A stretch of 64,000 nucleotides of DNA from NCBI RefSeq assembly GCF_003334765.1, contig NZ_QOWT01000015.1; one strand, 5' to 3'. The notes beneath the pieces are model-generated. The model ran no database searches. It was not told where the DNA came from and saw only the letters and a program-made list of their open reading frames with translations. This DNA is from Escherichia coli (lineage in GTDB: Bacteria; Pseudomonadota; Gammaproteobacteria; Enterobacterales; Enterobacteriaceae). Positions 34,979 to 47,237 of the stretch are shown here, piece after piece (position 1 is the stretch's first letter; the number at the start of each line of letters is the position of its first letter). Both the position numbers and the translations under genes were made by a program.

Positions 34979-35416
34979 ATGGACAACAAAATATCAACCT
35001 ATTCACCGGCCTTTAGTATTGTGTCATGGATAGCTCTCGTTGGTGGTATCGTTACCTATCTGTTAGGGCTATGGAATGCAGAGATGCAGTTAAATGAAAA
35101 AGGATATTATTTTGCCGTACTGGTATTAGGACTGTTTTCTGCGGCGTCTTATCAAAAGACCGTTCGGGACAAGTATGAAGGCATACCGACCACTTCCATT
35201 TATTATATGACCTGCCTGACTGTCTTTATTATCTCTGTTGCATTACTGATGGTAGGTCTGTGGAATGCGACATTATTACTCAGCGAAAAAGGTTTTTATG
35301 GACTGGCTTTCTTCTTAAGCTTGTTTGGTGCAGTAGCGGTGCAGAAAAATATTCGTGATGCCGGAATAAACCCACCAAAAGAAACACAGGTTACCCAGGA
35401 AGAATACAGCGAATAA
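34979..35416 (+). CDS. yiaA: Inner membrane protein YiaA
   Basis: 145-aa ORF from [12 protein letters not shown]; four hydrophobic segments. Confidence 0.8.
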
Positions 35417-35457
35417 CTCACGTAAGCCCGGTCAGTCCAATGTGACCGGGCTTTTAC

Positions 35458-36453
35458 TTAACTCACTAATCTGTTTCTGTCGATTCGTTGTACCAGCATA
35501 GAAAGTAACAAACTCGCTGCCAACGTCGCGCAAAAGATCCAAATAATATCCAGTATTGGCCAATTTTTAAGCTCAATTCCCCGGGTGCGCAGCGCATGGA
35601 TAATCAAGGCGTGGAATCCGTATATACCCAATGAATGGCGGGAGATTAAGCCAAGTCCGCGAATGGTACGCGTATCCAGCGTGTTTTTAACCAGAGTCAA
35701 TAGCGCGATTGCGCAGATAAAAACCATCGGCCCACAGTAAAGATACCAGGTATCGGCAAAATTTCCGCGCCACTGCAATTCATATAATGTCCCGCGAGAG
35801 ATAATAAAAACCCCCGTCGCAAACAGCGCGGCGCTCACCCACGACAGTGCTTTATGCTGTGTGTCCATCATCCCTATAGCGCGGCCCAACATGCCATACA
35901 GAATGTAGTAAAAAGTATCGCCATTGATATATAAGTTAATTGGCAGCCATTCAAAACCGTCAATTTTCTGCGGCACTGTGTTTGGGTTAGCGATAATGCC
36001 AATCACCGCCATTAGCACCAGCAACATTTTTCCGCCGACGTTCTTCACCTGAATCAGCGGTGAAACCAGATAAATCACCGCAATCGCGAAGAAAAACCAC
36101 AAGTGGTAAAACACTGGCTTTTGCAGCAGGTTTTTCAGCGCTAACTCCATATTGATGGAGGTAAACAGCGCAATGTAGAGCAGTGCGATTGCGCTATAAA
36201 AAATCAGACATAAGCCGATACGCAAGAAATGGCGCGGCTGGGCGCTGCGTTCGCCAAAAAAGAGATAGCCGGAAATCATGAAAAATAGCGGCACGCTGAC
36301 ACGAGAGGCAGAATTCAGAACATTGGCGATATCCCATGTGACGGGGCTAACACTATGAGCATTGGTCACATACCAGGTAGTGGTGTGAATCATCACCACC
36401 ATTAAACACGCTATCCCTCGCAGGTTATCAATCCAGTAAATTTTGGGCTGCAT
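35458..36453 (-). CDS. wecH: O-acetyltransferase WecH (acyltransferase-3 family)
   Basis: 331-aa polytopic membrane ORF. Confidence 0.88.
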
Positions 36454-36627
36454 CTGTGTCTCTGTATCTGGTTAAAAAAAGTCTGACCGATAAATCATTT
36501 GGTTGGCGCACTGGAATAATCTGAGTTTTATCACTACAGCTTATAGAGGCTTAAGGAAATTCGTAAGATATCAGCCACTATACCGATATAAATAATAAGA
36601 CTCACCTGCAAACCAGACGGTAATTTA

Positions 36628-36927
36628 ATGATGATGAACGCTTTCTTTCCGGCAATGGCGCTTATGGTGCTAGTGGGTTGTTCTATACCGTCACCCGTGC
36701 AGAAAGCACAACGGGTAAAGGTTGATCCTCTGCGTTCGTTGAATATGGAAGCGTTATGCAAGGATCAGGCGGCAAAACGTTATAACACCGGCGAGCAAAA
36801 AATCGACGTCACCGCCTTCGAACAGTTCCAGGGAAGCTATGAAATGCGCGGTTATACCTTCCGTAAAGAGCAGTTTGTCTGTTCTTTTGACGCGGATGGC
36901 CATTTTTTGCATCTTTCCATGCGTTAA
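36628..36927 (+). CDS. ysaB: Lipoprotein YsaB
   Basis: 99-aa ORF with lipobox (LVGCS). Confidence 0.85.
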   Translation: MMMNAFFPAMALMVLVGCSIPSPVQKAQRVKVDPLRSLNMEALCKDQAAKRYNTGEQKIDVTAFEQFQGSYEMRGYTFRKEQFVCSFDADGHFLHLSMR

Positions 36928-37021
36928 GCCCTGCTTTTTCCCGTTTCGTACTGTATATCTTCCATCCAGCGGGTATACTGATCCCTTCCTTTAAATCCAC
37001 ACGTATCCAGCACGAAATAAT

Positions 37022-37933
37022 ATGCAAAAGTTTGATACCAGGACCTTCCAGGGCTTGATCCTGACCTTACAGGATTACTGGGCTCGCCAGGGCTGCACCA
37101 TTGTTCAACCATTGGACATGGAAGTCGGCGCGGGAACCTCTCACCCAATGACCTGTCTGCGCGCGCTGGGGCCAGAACCGATGGCGGCTGCTTATGTTCA
37201 GCCTTCTCGTCGCCCGACCGATGGTCGCTACGGCGAAAACCCCAACCGTTTACAGCACTACTATCAGTTCCAGGTGGTCATTAAGCCATCGCCGGACAAT
37301 ATTCAGGAGCTGTACCTCGGTTCTCTGAAAGAGCTGGGCATGGACCCGACTATTCACGACATCCGTTTCGTGGAAGATAACTGGGAAAACCCGACGCTGG
37401 GTGCCTGGGGACTGGGCTGGGAAGTGTGGCTGAACGGCATGGAAGTGACGCAGTTCACTTACTTCCAGCAGGTTGGTGGTCTGGAGTGTAAACCGGTTAC
37501 CGGCGAGATCACCTACGGTCTGGAACGTCTGGCCATGTACATTCAGGGCGTAGACAGCGTTTACGACCTGGTCTGGAGCGACGGCCCGCTGGGTAAAACC
37601 ACCTACGGCGACGTGTTCCATCAGAACGAAGTGGAGCAGTCCACTTACAACTTCGAATACGCGGATGTGGACTTCCTGTTCACCTGCTTCGAGCAGTACG
37701 AGAAAGAAGCGCAGCAGCTGCTGGCGCTGGAAAATCCGCTGCCGCTGCCAGCCTACGAGCGTATTCTGAAAGCCGCCCACAGCTTCAACCTGCTGGATGC
37801 GCGTAAAGCCATCTCCGTCACCGAGCGTCAGCGCTACATTCTGCGCATTCGCACCCTGACCAAAGCAGTGGCAGAAGCATACTACGCTTCCCGTGAAGCC
37901 CTCGGCTTCCCGATGTGCAACAAAGATAAGTAA
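37022..37933 (+). CDS. glyQ: Glycine-tRNA ligase alpha subunit
   Basis: 303-aa ORF; glyS starts 9 bp downstream. Confidence 0.95.
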
Positions 37934-37942
37934 GAGGCGGCT

Positions 37943-40012
37943 ATGTCTGAGAAAACTTTTCTGGTGGAAATCGGCACTGAAGAGCTGCCACCAAAAGCAC
38001 TGCGCAGCCTGGCTGAGTCCTTTGCTGCGAACTTTACTGCGGAGCTGGATAACGCTGGCCTCGCACACGGCACCGTTCAATGGTTTGCTGCTCCGCGTCG
38101 TCTGGCGCTGAAAGTAGCTAACCTGGCGGAAGCGCAACCGGATCGTGAAATCGAAAAACGCGGCCCGGCGATTGCCCAGGCGTTCGACGCTGAAGGCAAA
38201 CCGAGCAAAGCGGCAGAAGGTTGGGCGCGTGGTTGCGGTATTACCGTTGACCAGGCTGAGCGTCTGACTACCGATAAAGGCGAATGGCTGCTGTATCGCG
38301 CCCATGTGAAGGGCGAAAGCACCGAAGCACTGCTGCCGAATATGGTTGCGACTTCTCTGGCGAAACTGCCGATCCCGAAACTGATGCGTTGGGGCGCAAG
38401 CGACGTGCACTTCGTGCGTCCGGTGCACACCGTGACCCTGCTGCTGGGCGACAAAGTCATTCCGGCAACCATTCTGGGCATTCAGTCCGATCGCGTGATT
38501 CGCGGCCACCGCTTTATGGGCGAGCCGGAATTCACCATCGATAACGCCGATCAGTATCCGGAAATTCTGCGTGAGCGTGGGAAAGTCATCGCCGATTACG
38601 AAGAACGTAAGGCGAAGATTAAAGCCGATGCCGAAGAAGCAGCGCGTAAGATTGGCGGTAACGCTGACTTAAGCGAAAGCCTGCTGGAAGAAGTGGCTTC
38701 GCTGGTGGAGTGGCCGGTCGTTCTGACCGCAAAATTCGAAGAGAAATTCCTCGCGGTGCCGGCTGAAGCGCTGGTTTACACCATGAAAGGTGACCAGAAA
38801 TACTTCCCGGTGTATGCGAACGACGGCAAACTGCTGCCGAACTTTATCTTCGTTGCCAACATCGAATCGAAAGATCCGCAGCAGATTATCTCCGGTAACG
38901 AGAAAGTCGTTCGTCCGCGTCTGGCGGATGCCGAGTTCTTCTTCAACACCGACCGTAAAAAACGTCTTGAAGATAACCTGCCGCGCCTGCAAACCGTGTT
39001 GTTCCAGCAACAGTTGGGGACGCTGCGCGACAAAACTGACCGCATCCAGGCGCTGGCTGGCTGGATTGCTGAACAGATTGGCGCTGACGTTAACCACGCT
39101 ACCCGTGCGGGTCTGCTGTCTAAGTGCGACCTGATGACCAACATGGTCTTCGAGTTCACCGACACCCAGGGCGTTATGGGGATGCACTATGCGCGTCACG
39201 ATGGCGAAGCGGAAGATGTCGCGGTGGCGCTGAATGAGCAGTATCAGCCGCGTTTTGCTGGTGATGACCTGCCGTCCAACCCAGTAGCTTGTGCGCTGGC
39301 GATTGCTGACAAGATGGATACCCTGGCGGGTATCTTCGGTATCGGTCAGCATCCGAAAGGCGACAAAGACCCGTTTGCGCTGCGTCGTGCCGCGCTTGGC
39401 GTGCTGCGAATTATCGTTGAGAAGAACCTCAACCTTGATCTGCAAACGCTGACCGAAGAAGCGGTGCGTCTGTATGGCGATAAGCTGACTAATGCCAACG
39501 TAGTTGATGATGTTATCGACTTTATGCTCGGTCGCTTCCGCGCCTGGTATCAGGACGAAGGTTATACCGTTGACACCATCCAGGCGGTACTGGCGCGTCG
39601 TCCGACTCGTCCGGCTGATTTCGATGCCCGTATGAAAGCGGTATCGCATTTCCGTACCCTGGATGCAGCTGCTGCACTGGCGGCGGCGAACAAACGTGTA
39701 TCTAACATTCTGGCGAAATCTGACGAAGTGCTGAGCGACCGCGTGAATGCCTCTACCCTGAAAGAGCCGGAAGAAATTAAACTGGCGATGCAGGTTGTGG
39801 TGCTACGTGACAAGCTGGAGCCGTACTTTACGGAAGGTCGTTACCAGGATGCGCTGGTCGAACTGGCTGAGCTGCGTGAACCGGTTGATGCTTTCTTCGA
39901 TAAAGTGATGGTCATGGTTGATGACAAAGAATTGCGTATCAACCGTCTGACCATGCTGGAGAAACTGCGCGAACTGTTCCTGCGCGTTGCGGATATTTCG
40001 CTGTTGCAATAA
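37943..40012 (+). CDS. glyS: Glycine-tRNA ligase beta subunit
   Basis: 689-aa ORF. Confidence 0.95.
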   Translation: MSEKTFLVEIGTEELPPKALRSLAESFAANFTAELDNAGLAHGTVQWFAAPRRLALKVANLAEAQPDREIEKRGPAIAQAFDAEGKPSKAAEGWARGCGITVDQAERLTTDKGEWLLYRAHVKGESTEALLPNMVATSLAKLPIPKLMRWGASDVHFVRPVHTVTLLLGDKVIPATILGIQSDRVIRGHRFMGEPEFTIDNADQYPEILRERGKVIADYEERKAKIKADAEEAARKIGGNADLSESLLEEVASLVEWPVVLTAKFEEKFLAVPAEALVYTMKGDQKYFPVYANDGKLLPNFIFVANIESKDPQQIISGNEKVVRPRLADAEFFFNTDRKKRLEDNLPRLQTVLFQQQLGTLRDKTDRIQALAGWIAEQIGADVNHATRAGLLSKCDLMTNMVFEFTDTQGVMGMHYARHDGEAEDVAVALNEQYQPRFAGDDLPSNPVACALAIADKMDTLAGIFGIGQHPKGDKDPFALRRAALGVLRIIVEKNLNLDLQTLTEEAVRLYGDKLTNANVVDDVIDFMLGRFRAWYQDEGYTVDTIQAVLARRPTRPADFDARMKAVSHFRTLDAAAALAAANKRVSNILAKSDEVLSDRVNASTLKEPEEIKLAMQVVVLRDKLEPYFTEGRYQDALVELAELREPVDAFFDKVMVMVDDKELRINRLTMLEKLRELFLRVADISLLQ

Positions 40013-40030
40013 TAACGCCGTTATTAAATA

Positions 40031-40055
40031 GCCTGCCATCTGGCAGGCTTTTTTT
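40031..40055 (+). terminator. Rho-independent terminator of glyQS
   Basis: gcctgcc atct ggcaggc followed by ttttttt. Confidence 0.85.
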
Positions 40056-40288
40056 ATCGCTAAATAATACAGCAACCTTTAATAATCTTCTGCTGAATAA
40101 AGATTATCTCATATATTAATTTTATGAGATTTTTTTAGGATTATATCAAGGAGAAGAAACAAACTTATTAAGCTAGAATAGCCACGGGTGCTTGAGACTG
40201 TTTGTCTCAGGTATTCACCGAAAGGCAGACAGAGAAAAGCCCCACCTGACTATAAATCAAAGTTGGAAATCAACACAGGAGGCTGGGA

Positions 40289-40441
40289 ATGCCGCAGAAA
40301 TATAGATTACTTTCTTTAATAGTGATTTGTTTCACGCTTTTATTTTTCACCTGGATGATAAGAGATTCACTGTGTGAATTGCATATTAAACAGGAGAGTT
40401 ATGAGCTGGCGGCGTTTTTAGCCTGCAAATTGAAAGAGTAA
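40289..40441 (+). CDS. hokA: Hok-family type I toxin (50 aa)
   Basis: Below the ORF-track cutoff; AGGAGG RBS at 40276-40281; translation MPQKYRLLSLIVICFTLLFFTWMIRDSLCELHIKQESYELAAFLACKLKE is a Hok/Gef peptide with one TM helix. Confidence 0.85.
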   Translation: MPQKYRLLSLIVICFTLLFFTWMIRDSLCELHIKQESYELAAFLACKLKE

Positions 40442-40572
40442 GAGTCTTCGGCGGGAAATTATTCCCGCCTTACTTACGGCGTTGCGCATTCTCATTGCAC
40501 CCAAATTTATTCTTCACAAAAATAATAATAGATTTTATTACGCGATCGATTATTTATTTCCTGAAAACAAAT

Positions 40573-40601
40573 AAAAAAATCCCCGCCAAATGGCAGGGAT
40601 C
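40573..40601 (-). terminator. Rho-independent terminator of cspA
   Basis: On the minus strand: ccctgcc attt ggcgggg followed by attttttt, just 3' of the cspA stop. Confidence 0.65.
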
Positions 40602-40627
40602 TTAGATTCTGTGCTTTTAAGCAGAGA

Positions 40628-40840
40628 TTACAGGCTGGTTACGTTACCAGCTGCCGGGCCTTTAGCGCCGCTTTCGATGGTGAAGGACACTTTCTGACCT
40701 TCGTCCAGAGATTTGTAACCATCGTTCTGGATAGCAGAGAAGTGTACGAACACATCTTTAGAGCCATCGTCAGGAGTGATGAAGCCGAAGCCTTTGTCAG
40801 CGTTGAACCATTTTACGATACCAGTCATTTTACCGGACAT
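40628..40840 (-). CDS. cspA: Major cold-shock protein CspA
   Basis: 70-aa [24 protein letters not shown]... with RNP motifs. Confidence 0.97.
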
Positions 40841-41060
40841 AGTGTATTACCTTTAATAATTAAGTGTGCCTTTCGGCGATATGGCGTGCTTTACAGATTT
40901 TGAAGCGTTAAAGGAATGTGCACTACGAGGGGTATCAACGATAACTCTTGAAGGGACTTGCCTTACTACACTGCTTTAATGGTCTGTACGTCAAACCGTT
41001 GATGTGCATTAAGCCACGCATTGGCGGGTGATGCAACAATTATTTTTCATATTTATGATT
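40841..41060 (-). promoter_or_regulatory. cspA long 5' UTR and promoter with UP element
   Basis: On the minus strand: -35 TTGCAT (41031-41036), 17-bp spacer, -10 CTTAAT (41008-41013), AT-rich UP element upstream; leaves a ~160-nt leader. Confidence 0.75.
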
Positions 41061-41120
41061 AATCGGTTGGAAAACGGTCCTGTCATCAGGACCGTAAACA
41101 GCAATAAAGTGGATAAAAGT

Positions 41121-41411
41121 CTATTCCATCAACTGCTTACTTAATGCCGGGTTGGCTTGAATCAAACGCATCAATTTTAGTTCGGCACTTGAAGGCTTCA
41201 CGCGTCTGGATTCCCATTCCTTTACCATGGCGACTGATACGCCCAAAACCCGGGCGAAATCATCGATTTTTAATCCTGTCCCTTTTCGTAACTGCTCAAT
41301 TTCGGTACAGGACGTTGTTCTGTGCGTCAGGGTAATTTTCTGCGTTTCATCTTTAAAAACAATCTGTTCCAGGCTGCTCAACAGCTCATGCATTGGATCT
41401 TTATATTCCAT
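41121..41411 (-). CDS. yiaG: XRE-type HTH protein YiaG
   Basis: 96-aa ORF with HTH (IDDFARVLGVSVAMVKEWE). Confidence 0.88.
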   Translation of the reverse strand: MEYKDPMHELLSSLEQIVFKDETQKITLTHRTTSCTEIEQLRKGTGLKIDDFARVLGVSVAMVKEWESRRVKPSSAELKLMRLIQANPALSKQLME

Positions 41412-41844
41412 TGAAAACTCCTCAAATCACACTGCGGGATCGTGAATTGCATCGAAGCTCATTAAGAATAGTCGGGAAAAGCAGACACAGCGGGGTGAAG
41501 TCAGGGCATGCTCTGGCTATGATTCGATTCAGCCTGTCATTTAGCGTGACTTATAGCCACCTAACGATCTGATAAATGCCGATATATCTCTTACCACTCC
41601 TGTTTTGTAAAGATTTCGAAAATCTAACCTTCTGCGAAGGCGTAAATCTCTGGCTACAAAAAAGGCAACGGCACTATCATTTTTTAACAATGAAACAACA
41701 AATTAACCTTGTTTCATTTTCTCCATGATTTTACCAGGAAGATTACGTAGAAAGGGTATCCTGCAAGCCTGTCCTGGACTATCCTTGTCACGTCAGACAC
41801 GCGTGTGTCGTTGTGCGCTTTTTTTGGGTGAAAGGAGTAAGAAA

Positions 41845-42555
41845 ATGGCGACAGGAAAGTCCTGCTCTCGCTGGTTTGCGCCTCTTGCGGCGTTATTAAT
41901 GGTAGTTAGCCTGAGTGGGTGTTTTGATAAAGAAGGCGATCAGCGTAAAGCGTTTATCGACTTCCTGCAGAATACAGTGATGCGTAGCGGTGAACGTCTA
42001 CCAACCCTGACTGCCGATCAGAAAAAACAGTTTGGTCCTTTTGTCTCTGATTACGCGATTCTGTATGGTTATTCTCAGCAGGTGAATCAGGCGATGGATT
42101 CCGGTCTGCGCCCGGTTGTAGACAGCGTTAACGCAATTCGCGTACCGCAGGATTACGTTACGCAAAGCGGTCCGCTGCGTGAAATGAACGGTTCGCTGGG
42201 TGTGCTGGCGCAACAACTGCAAAATGCGAAGTTGCAGGCCGATGCTGCGCACTCTGCGCTAAAACAGAGCGATGATTTGAAACCGGTCTTTGATCAGGCA
42301 TTCACCAAAGTGGTAACGACGCCAGCTGATGCATTGCAACCGTTGATTCCGGCGGCACAAACTTTCACGCAACAACTGGTGATGGTTGGAGACTACATTG
42401 CTCAGCAAGGTACTCAGGTGAGCTTTGTCGCAAATGGCATCCAGTTCCCGACTTCACAGCAGGCAAGTGAATATAACAAACTGATTGCGCCATTACCGGC
42501 ACAGCATCAGGCGTTTAATCAGGCCTGGACTACAGCAGTTACTGCAACCCAATAA
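41845..42555 (+). CDS. yiaF: Lipoprotein YiaF (DUF3053)
   Basis: 236-aa ORF from MATGKSCSRWF; lipobox LSGC. Confidence 0.85.
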   Translation: MATGKSCSRWFAPLAALLMVVSLSGCFDKEGDQRKAFIDFLQNTVMRSGERLPTLTADQKKQFGPFVSDYAILYGYSQQVNQAMDSGLRPVVDSVNAIRVPQDYVTQSGPLREMNGSLGVLAQQLQNAKLQADAAHSALKQSDDLKPVFDQAFTKVVTTPADALQPLIPAAQTFTQQLVMVGDYIAQQGTQVSFVANGIQFPTSQQASEYNKLIAPLPAQHQAFNQAWTTAVTATQ

Positions 42556-42604
42556 AGAGTAAAAGCCCGAGCGATTATCGGGCTTTACTCTACGCAGTCG
42601 CGGC

Positions 42605-43579
42605 TTAGTCCGCGACGTGCGGATTCACACAGTTCTTCTCAACCTTTCCTTGTAACGCATCAATCAAATTATCCACGGCACAGGCGGCCATGCCATAACG
42701 CGTCTCATGGGTGGCAGATCCAATATGCGGTACTGCGACGACGTTGGCCATTGAGAGCAACGGCGAATCTACGGACAGTGGCTCTTGTTCGAAGACATCC
42801 AGCCCGGCAGCGTGAATTTCGCCTTTCTGCAATGCTGCGATCAGTGCATTTTCGTCAACCACCGGGCCACGTCCGGCATTAATGAAAATGGCGGAGGATT
42901 TCATTTTGGCGAATTGTTCTGCGCCAAACAGATGATGCGTCTCATCAGTTAACGGCAGGATCAGGCAAACGAAATCTGACTCTTGTAACAGAGTATCCAA
43001 ATCGCAGTAGCGGGCGTTGAAGCGTTCTTCTGCTTCTTTATGGTGGCGGCGCGCGTTATAGAGGATGGGCATGTTGAAGCCAAAGTGCGCACGTTGTGCC
43101 AGCGCCATGCCGATCCGTCCCATCCCGACAATGCCCAGTGTTTTATGGTGAACGTCAGTGCCGTACCAGTCCGGGCCTATGCTCGCGGTCCATTCGCCTG
43201 CTTTTACCCGTTCTGCTACCTCCACAACCCGACGAGCGGTAGACAACACCAGCGCCATCAGCGTATCGGCGACGGTTTCTGTTAATACGGTTGGCGTGTG
43301 CATCAGCAGAATTTTTCGGGCGGTAAGCGCATCGACATCAAAATTGTCATAGCCGACGGAGATCGTTGATGTGGCACGCAGTTTCGGCATTTTTTCCAGC
43401 AATGCGGCATTTACATTCTCGTTTGAACCCAGTAAACCTTCAGCTTCGGCAAAAATTGCTGCATTTTGTTCGACGGTTTGTGGGCTGAGGTTTGCCACCT
43501 GGTGAACGGTGAAATGCTCTTGCAGGCGTTGCAGTAAATCATCAGGTAAGGCTTTGTAGAGGATAACGGACGGCTTCAT
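42605..43579 (-). CDS. ghrB: Glyoxylate/hydroxypyruvate reductase B
   Basis: 324-aa ORF from MKPSVILYK; NAD-binding GxGxxG (GIVGMGRIG). Confidence 0.92.
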   Translation of the reverse strand: MKPSVILYKALPDDLLQRLQEHFTVHQVANLSPQTVEQNAAIFAEAEGLLGSNENVNAALLEKMPKLRATSTISVGYDNFDVDALTARKILLMHTPTVLTETVADTLMALVLSTARRVVEVAERVKAGEWTASIGPDWYGTDVHHKTLGIVGMGRIGMALAQRAHFGFNMPILYNARRHHKEAEERFNARYCDLDTLLQESDFVCLILPLTDETHHLFGAEQFAKMKSSAIFINAGRGPVVDENALIAALQKGEIHAAGLDVFEQEPLSVDSPLLSMANVVAVPHIGSATHETRYGMAACAVDNLIDALQGKVEKNCVNPHVAD

Positions 43580-43682
43580 GCTTCTCTCCATTCACTGATA
43601 AGGCGATCACCTTAGCCTGAAATATGATGAAGGAAAACTGAAGAATGCCAGGTGATTTCTGCATCACCTGGCATGAAAGGGA

Positions 43683-44342
43683 TTACAGCGGGCTTAAGGT
43701 AATTTCTACACGGCGGTTTTGCGCCTTACCTTCTGCGGTGCTGTTGCTGGCGATTGGGTTAGCCGGGCCAAGGCCCTGAGTACGGATGCGGCTGGCGTCC
43801 ACGCCCTGGGTGATCAACGCGCTGGCAACGGAATCCGCACGTTGCTGGGAGAGACGCATGTTCAGGTCGTGACCACCCGTGCTGTCGGTATAACCAATCA
43901 CGTTAACCGCCGTTTTCGGATACTCTTTCAGTACCATTGCCACGCCGGTCAGGGTGTTAGCGCCCGCCGGTTTCAGGGTCGCGCTGCTGCTGTCGAAGGT
44001 CACATTGTTCGGCATATTGAGGATAATGTTATCCCCGCTGCGGGTTACGCTAACACCAGTGCCGCGCATTTTGTCGCGCAGCTTCGCTTCCTGCACATCC
44101 ATGTAATAACCAACGCCGCCGCCCAGAGCTGCGCCTGCTGCTGCGCCAATCAGCGCGCCTTTACCGCGATCTTTCTTCGAAGAAGAGAGCGCACCAATAC
44201 CCGCGCCCACGAGAGAGCCCAGACCTGCGCCGATAGCAGATTTACCTGCTTCGCGTTCGCCGGTGTAAGGGTTAGTTGTGCAGCCAGATACCGCCAGAGC
44301 GCCACTCACTACGGCGGCAATAAGATAAACACGTTTCTTCAT
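43683..44342 (-). CDS. yiaD: OmpA-domain lipoprotein YiaD
   Basis: 219-aa ORF; lipobox LAVSGC; C-terminal OmpA-like domain. Confidence 0.9.
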   Translation of the reverse strand: MKKRVYLIAAVVSGALAVSGCTTNPYTGEREAGKSAIGAGLGSLVGAGIGALSSSKKDRGKGALIGAAAGAALGGGVGYYMDVQEAKLRDKMRGTGVSVTRSGDNIILNMPNNVTFDSSSATLKPAGANTLTGVAMVLKEYPKTAVNVIGYTDSTGGHDLNMRLSQQRADSVASALITQGVDASRIRTQGLGPANPIASNSTAEGKAQNRRVEITLSPL

Positions 44343-44494
44343 TGTTAATCCTTAATAACCTTTTTATTCTTTGCCACGGGTTCCGTGGCGGGAGATTATG
44401 CCGCGTGAACATGAAGATTATTCCTGGGAATACTCGGAAATTTGTAAGTAATATTTAACTGCTCAATACATCTAACCTTTCAGGAGTCTTCGGT

Positions 44495-46828
44495 TTGGCC
44501 AACTCATCCTCACGATATTCCGTTCTGACTGCCGCCCATTGGGGGCCCATGCTGGTTGAAACCGACGGCGAAACCGTGTTTAGCTCGCGTGGCGCGTTAG
44601 CCACAGGAATGGAAAACTCCTTGCAGAGCGCGGTTCGCGACCAGGTTCACAGCAATACGCGGGTACGATTTCCAATGGTGCGAAAAGGCTTTCTTGCGTC
44701 ACCGGAAAACCCGCAAGGCATTCGTGGGCAGGATGAATTTGTTCGCGTGAGTTGGGATGAGGCGCTGGATCTTATTCACCAACAACATAAACGCATTCGT
44801 GAGGCTTATGGTCCGGCATCGATTTTTGCTGGTTCCTACGGCTGGCGTTCAAACGGCGTGCTGCATAAGGCCTCGACATTATTACAACGCTATATGGCGC
44901 TGGCAGGCGGTTATACCGGGCATCTGGGGGATTATTCGACCGGCGCGGCACAGGCGATCATGCCGTATGTCGTGGGTGGTAGTGAAGTTTATCAACAGCA
45001 GACCAGTTGGCCGCTGGTGCTGGAACATAGCGATGTCGTGGTGCTGTGGAGTGCTAACCCACTCAATACGCTGAAAATTGCGTGGAATGCATCCGATGAG
45101 CAGGGGCTTTCTTACTTTTCTGCACTGCGTGACAGCGGGAAAAAGCTGATCTGCATTGATCCAATGCGATCGGAAACCGTCGATTTCTTTGGCGATAAAA
45201 TGGAGTGGGTGGCACCGCACATGGGCACCGATGTTGCGCTGATGCTGGGGATCGCCCATACGCTGGTGGAAAATGGTTGGCACGACGAAGCGTTTCTGGC
45301 GCGTTGCACCACAGGTTATGCCGTCTTCGCCTCTTATTTGCTGGGCGAGAGTGACGGAATAGCGAAAACCGCCGAATGGGCAGCAGAGATTTGTGGTGTT
45401 GGCGCAGCGAAAATCCGCGAGCTGGCGGCTATTTTCCACCAAAATACCACCATGCTGATGGCAGGCTGGGGAATGCAGCGCCAACAGTTTGGTGAGCAAA
45501 AACACTGGATGATCGTCACGCTGGCAGCAATGTTGGGGCAAATCGGCACACCCGGCGGCGGTTTTGGTCTTTCTTACCATTTTGCCAATGGTGGTAACCC
45601 CACGCGGCGTTCTGCGGTGCTCTCTTCCATGCAGGGCAGCTTGCCGGGTGGCTGCGATGCGGTGGATAAAATCCCTGTTGCCCGCATTGTTGAAGCACTG
45701 GAAAACCCTGGTGGCGCATATCAACACAACGGTATGAACCGACATTTCCCGGATATTCGTTTTATCTGGTGGGCGGGCGGTGCCAACTTTACTCATCATC
45801 AGGATACCAATCGCCTGATCCGTGCCTGGCAAAAACCGGAGCTGGTGGTGATCTCTGAATGCTTCTGGACGGCGGCGGCAAAACACGCGGATATCGTTCT
45901 GCCTGCGACTACCTCTTTTGAGCGTAATGATCTCACCATGACCGGTGATTACAGTAATCAGCATCTGGTGCCGATGAAGCAAGTGGTGCCGCCACGCTAT
46001 GAAGCGCGTAATGATTTTGATGTTTTTGCCGAGTTAAGTGAACGCTGGGAGAAGGGCGGTTATGCACGTTTTACGGAAGGAAAAAGTGAGCTGCAATGGC
46101 TGGAAACGTTTTATAACGTTGCCCGACAGCGCGGGGCAAGCCAGCAGGTTGAATTGCCGCCATTTGCTGAGTTCTGGCAAGCCAACCAGTTAATTGAGAT
46201 GCCGGAAAACCCGGACAGCGAGCGGTTTATTCGCTTCGCTGATTTTTGCCGCGATCCGCTGGCGCATCCGTTAAAAACCGCCAGCGGCAAGATTGAAATC
46301 TTCTCACAGCGTATTGCCGATTACGGTTACCCGGATTGCCCTGGGCATCCAATGTGGCTGGAGCCGGACGAATGGCAGGGCAATGCCGAACCAGAACAGT
46401 TGCAGGTACTTTCTGCCCATCCGGCGCACCGCCTGCACAGCCAGCTGAATTACAGTTCTCTGCGCGAATTGTACGCGGTGGCAAATCGTGAGCCTGTCAC
46501 CATTCATCCTGACGATGCCCAGGAGCGCGGCATACAAGATGGCGATACTGTTCGGTTGTGGAACGCACGCGGGCAAATTCTTGCCGGAGCGGTCATTAGC
46601 GAGGGAATTAAACCTGGCGTGATTTGCATTCACGAAGGGGCATGGCCGGATCTGGATTTAACCGCTGACGGTATTTGTAAAAACGGCGCAGTGAACGTGC
46701 TGACCAAAGATCTCCCCAGCTCGCGGCTGGGGAATGGCTGTGCGGGTAATACGGCGCTGGCATGGCTGGAAAAATACAACGGTCCGGAACTGACACTTAC
46801 AGCGTTTGAACCACCGGCCAGCTCATAA
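44495..46828 (+). CDS. bisC: Biotin sulfoxide reductase (molybdopterin oxidoreductase)
   Basis: 777-aa ORF. Confidence 0.92.
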
Positions 46829-47237
46829 TCCATGTGGGTAGTTGGGTTTCATCCTGCCATGCGCAATCGACAATGTGAAAACCCTGTGCCTGGTAAAAAT
46901 TTATCGCCGGTTGATTTTTTTGATAAACCTCCAGCATCAGGTGGGGATGGCGCTGCTGCACATACTGCATCAGCGCCTTACCAATACCGCGCCTGACGGC
47001 CTTCGGTGCGACAAACATCGCTGCCAGAAATCGGCCTTCCATAATGCTGACAAAACCGAGAAGCTTACCGTCTTCTTCCCAGACCCAGTTTTGCGCGTTG
47101 GCAAGATAGGCATCCCGCACCAGCGGAATGCAGTCACGCCAGTAATTCGCTTTTATAAAGGGATGCCCCCAGGTTGTACTTTCCAGCCACAGTTCGAGGA
47201 TCGCGGGGAGTTCTGAACGTTGCGCTTCCCGAATCAT
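46797..47237 (-). CDS. yiaC: GNAT-family N-acetyltransferase YiaC
   Basis: 146-aa ORF; convergent overlap with bisC, 4-bp overlap with tag. Confidence 0.88.
   Translation of the reverse strand: MIREAQRSELPAILELWLESTTWGHPFIKANYWRDCIPLVRDAYLANAQNWVWEEDGKLLGFVSIMEGRFLAAMFVAPKAVRRGIGKALMQYVQQRHPHLMLEVYQKNQPAINFYQAQGFHIVDCAWQDETQLPTWIMSWPVVQTL

Noticed and set aside
37250-38509. 419-aa minus-strand ORF, plus similar long antisense ORFs at 38669-39649 and 44882-45982
   Set aside because: They lie entirely antisense to glyQ/glyS and bisC, are Arg/His/Gln-rich low-complexity translations typical of GC-rich antisense frames, and have no RBS or independent synteny.
40013-40627. Insertion sequence expected at the glyS-hokA-cspA locus
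   Set aside because: No transposase ORF or terminal inverted repeats are present; the spacer is only 615 bp and fully accounted for by hokA, its leader and the cspA terminator.
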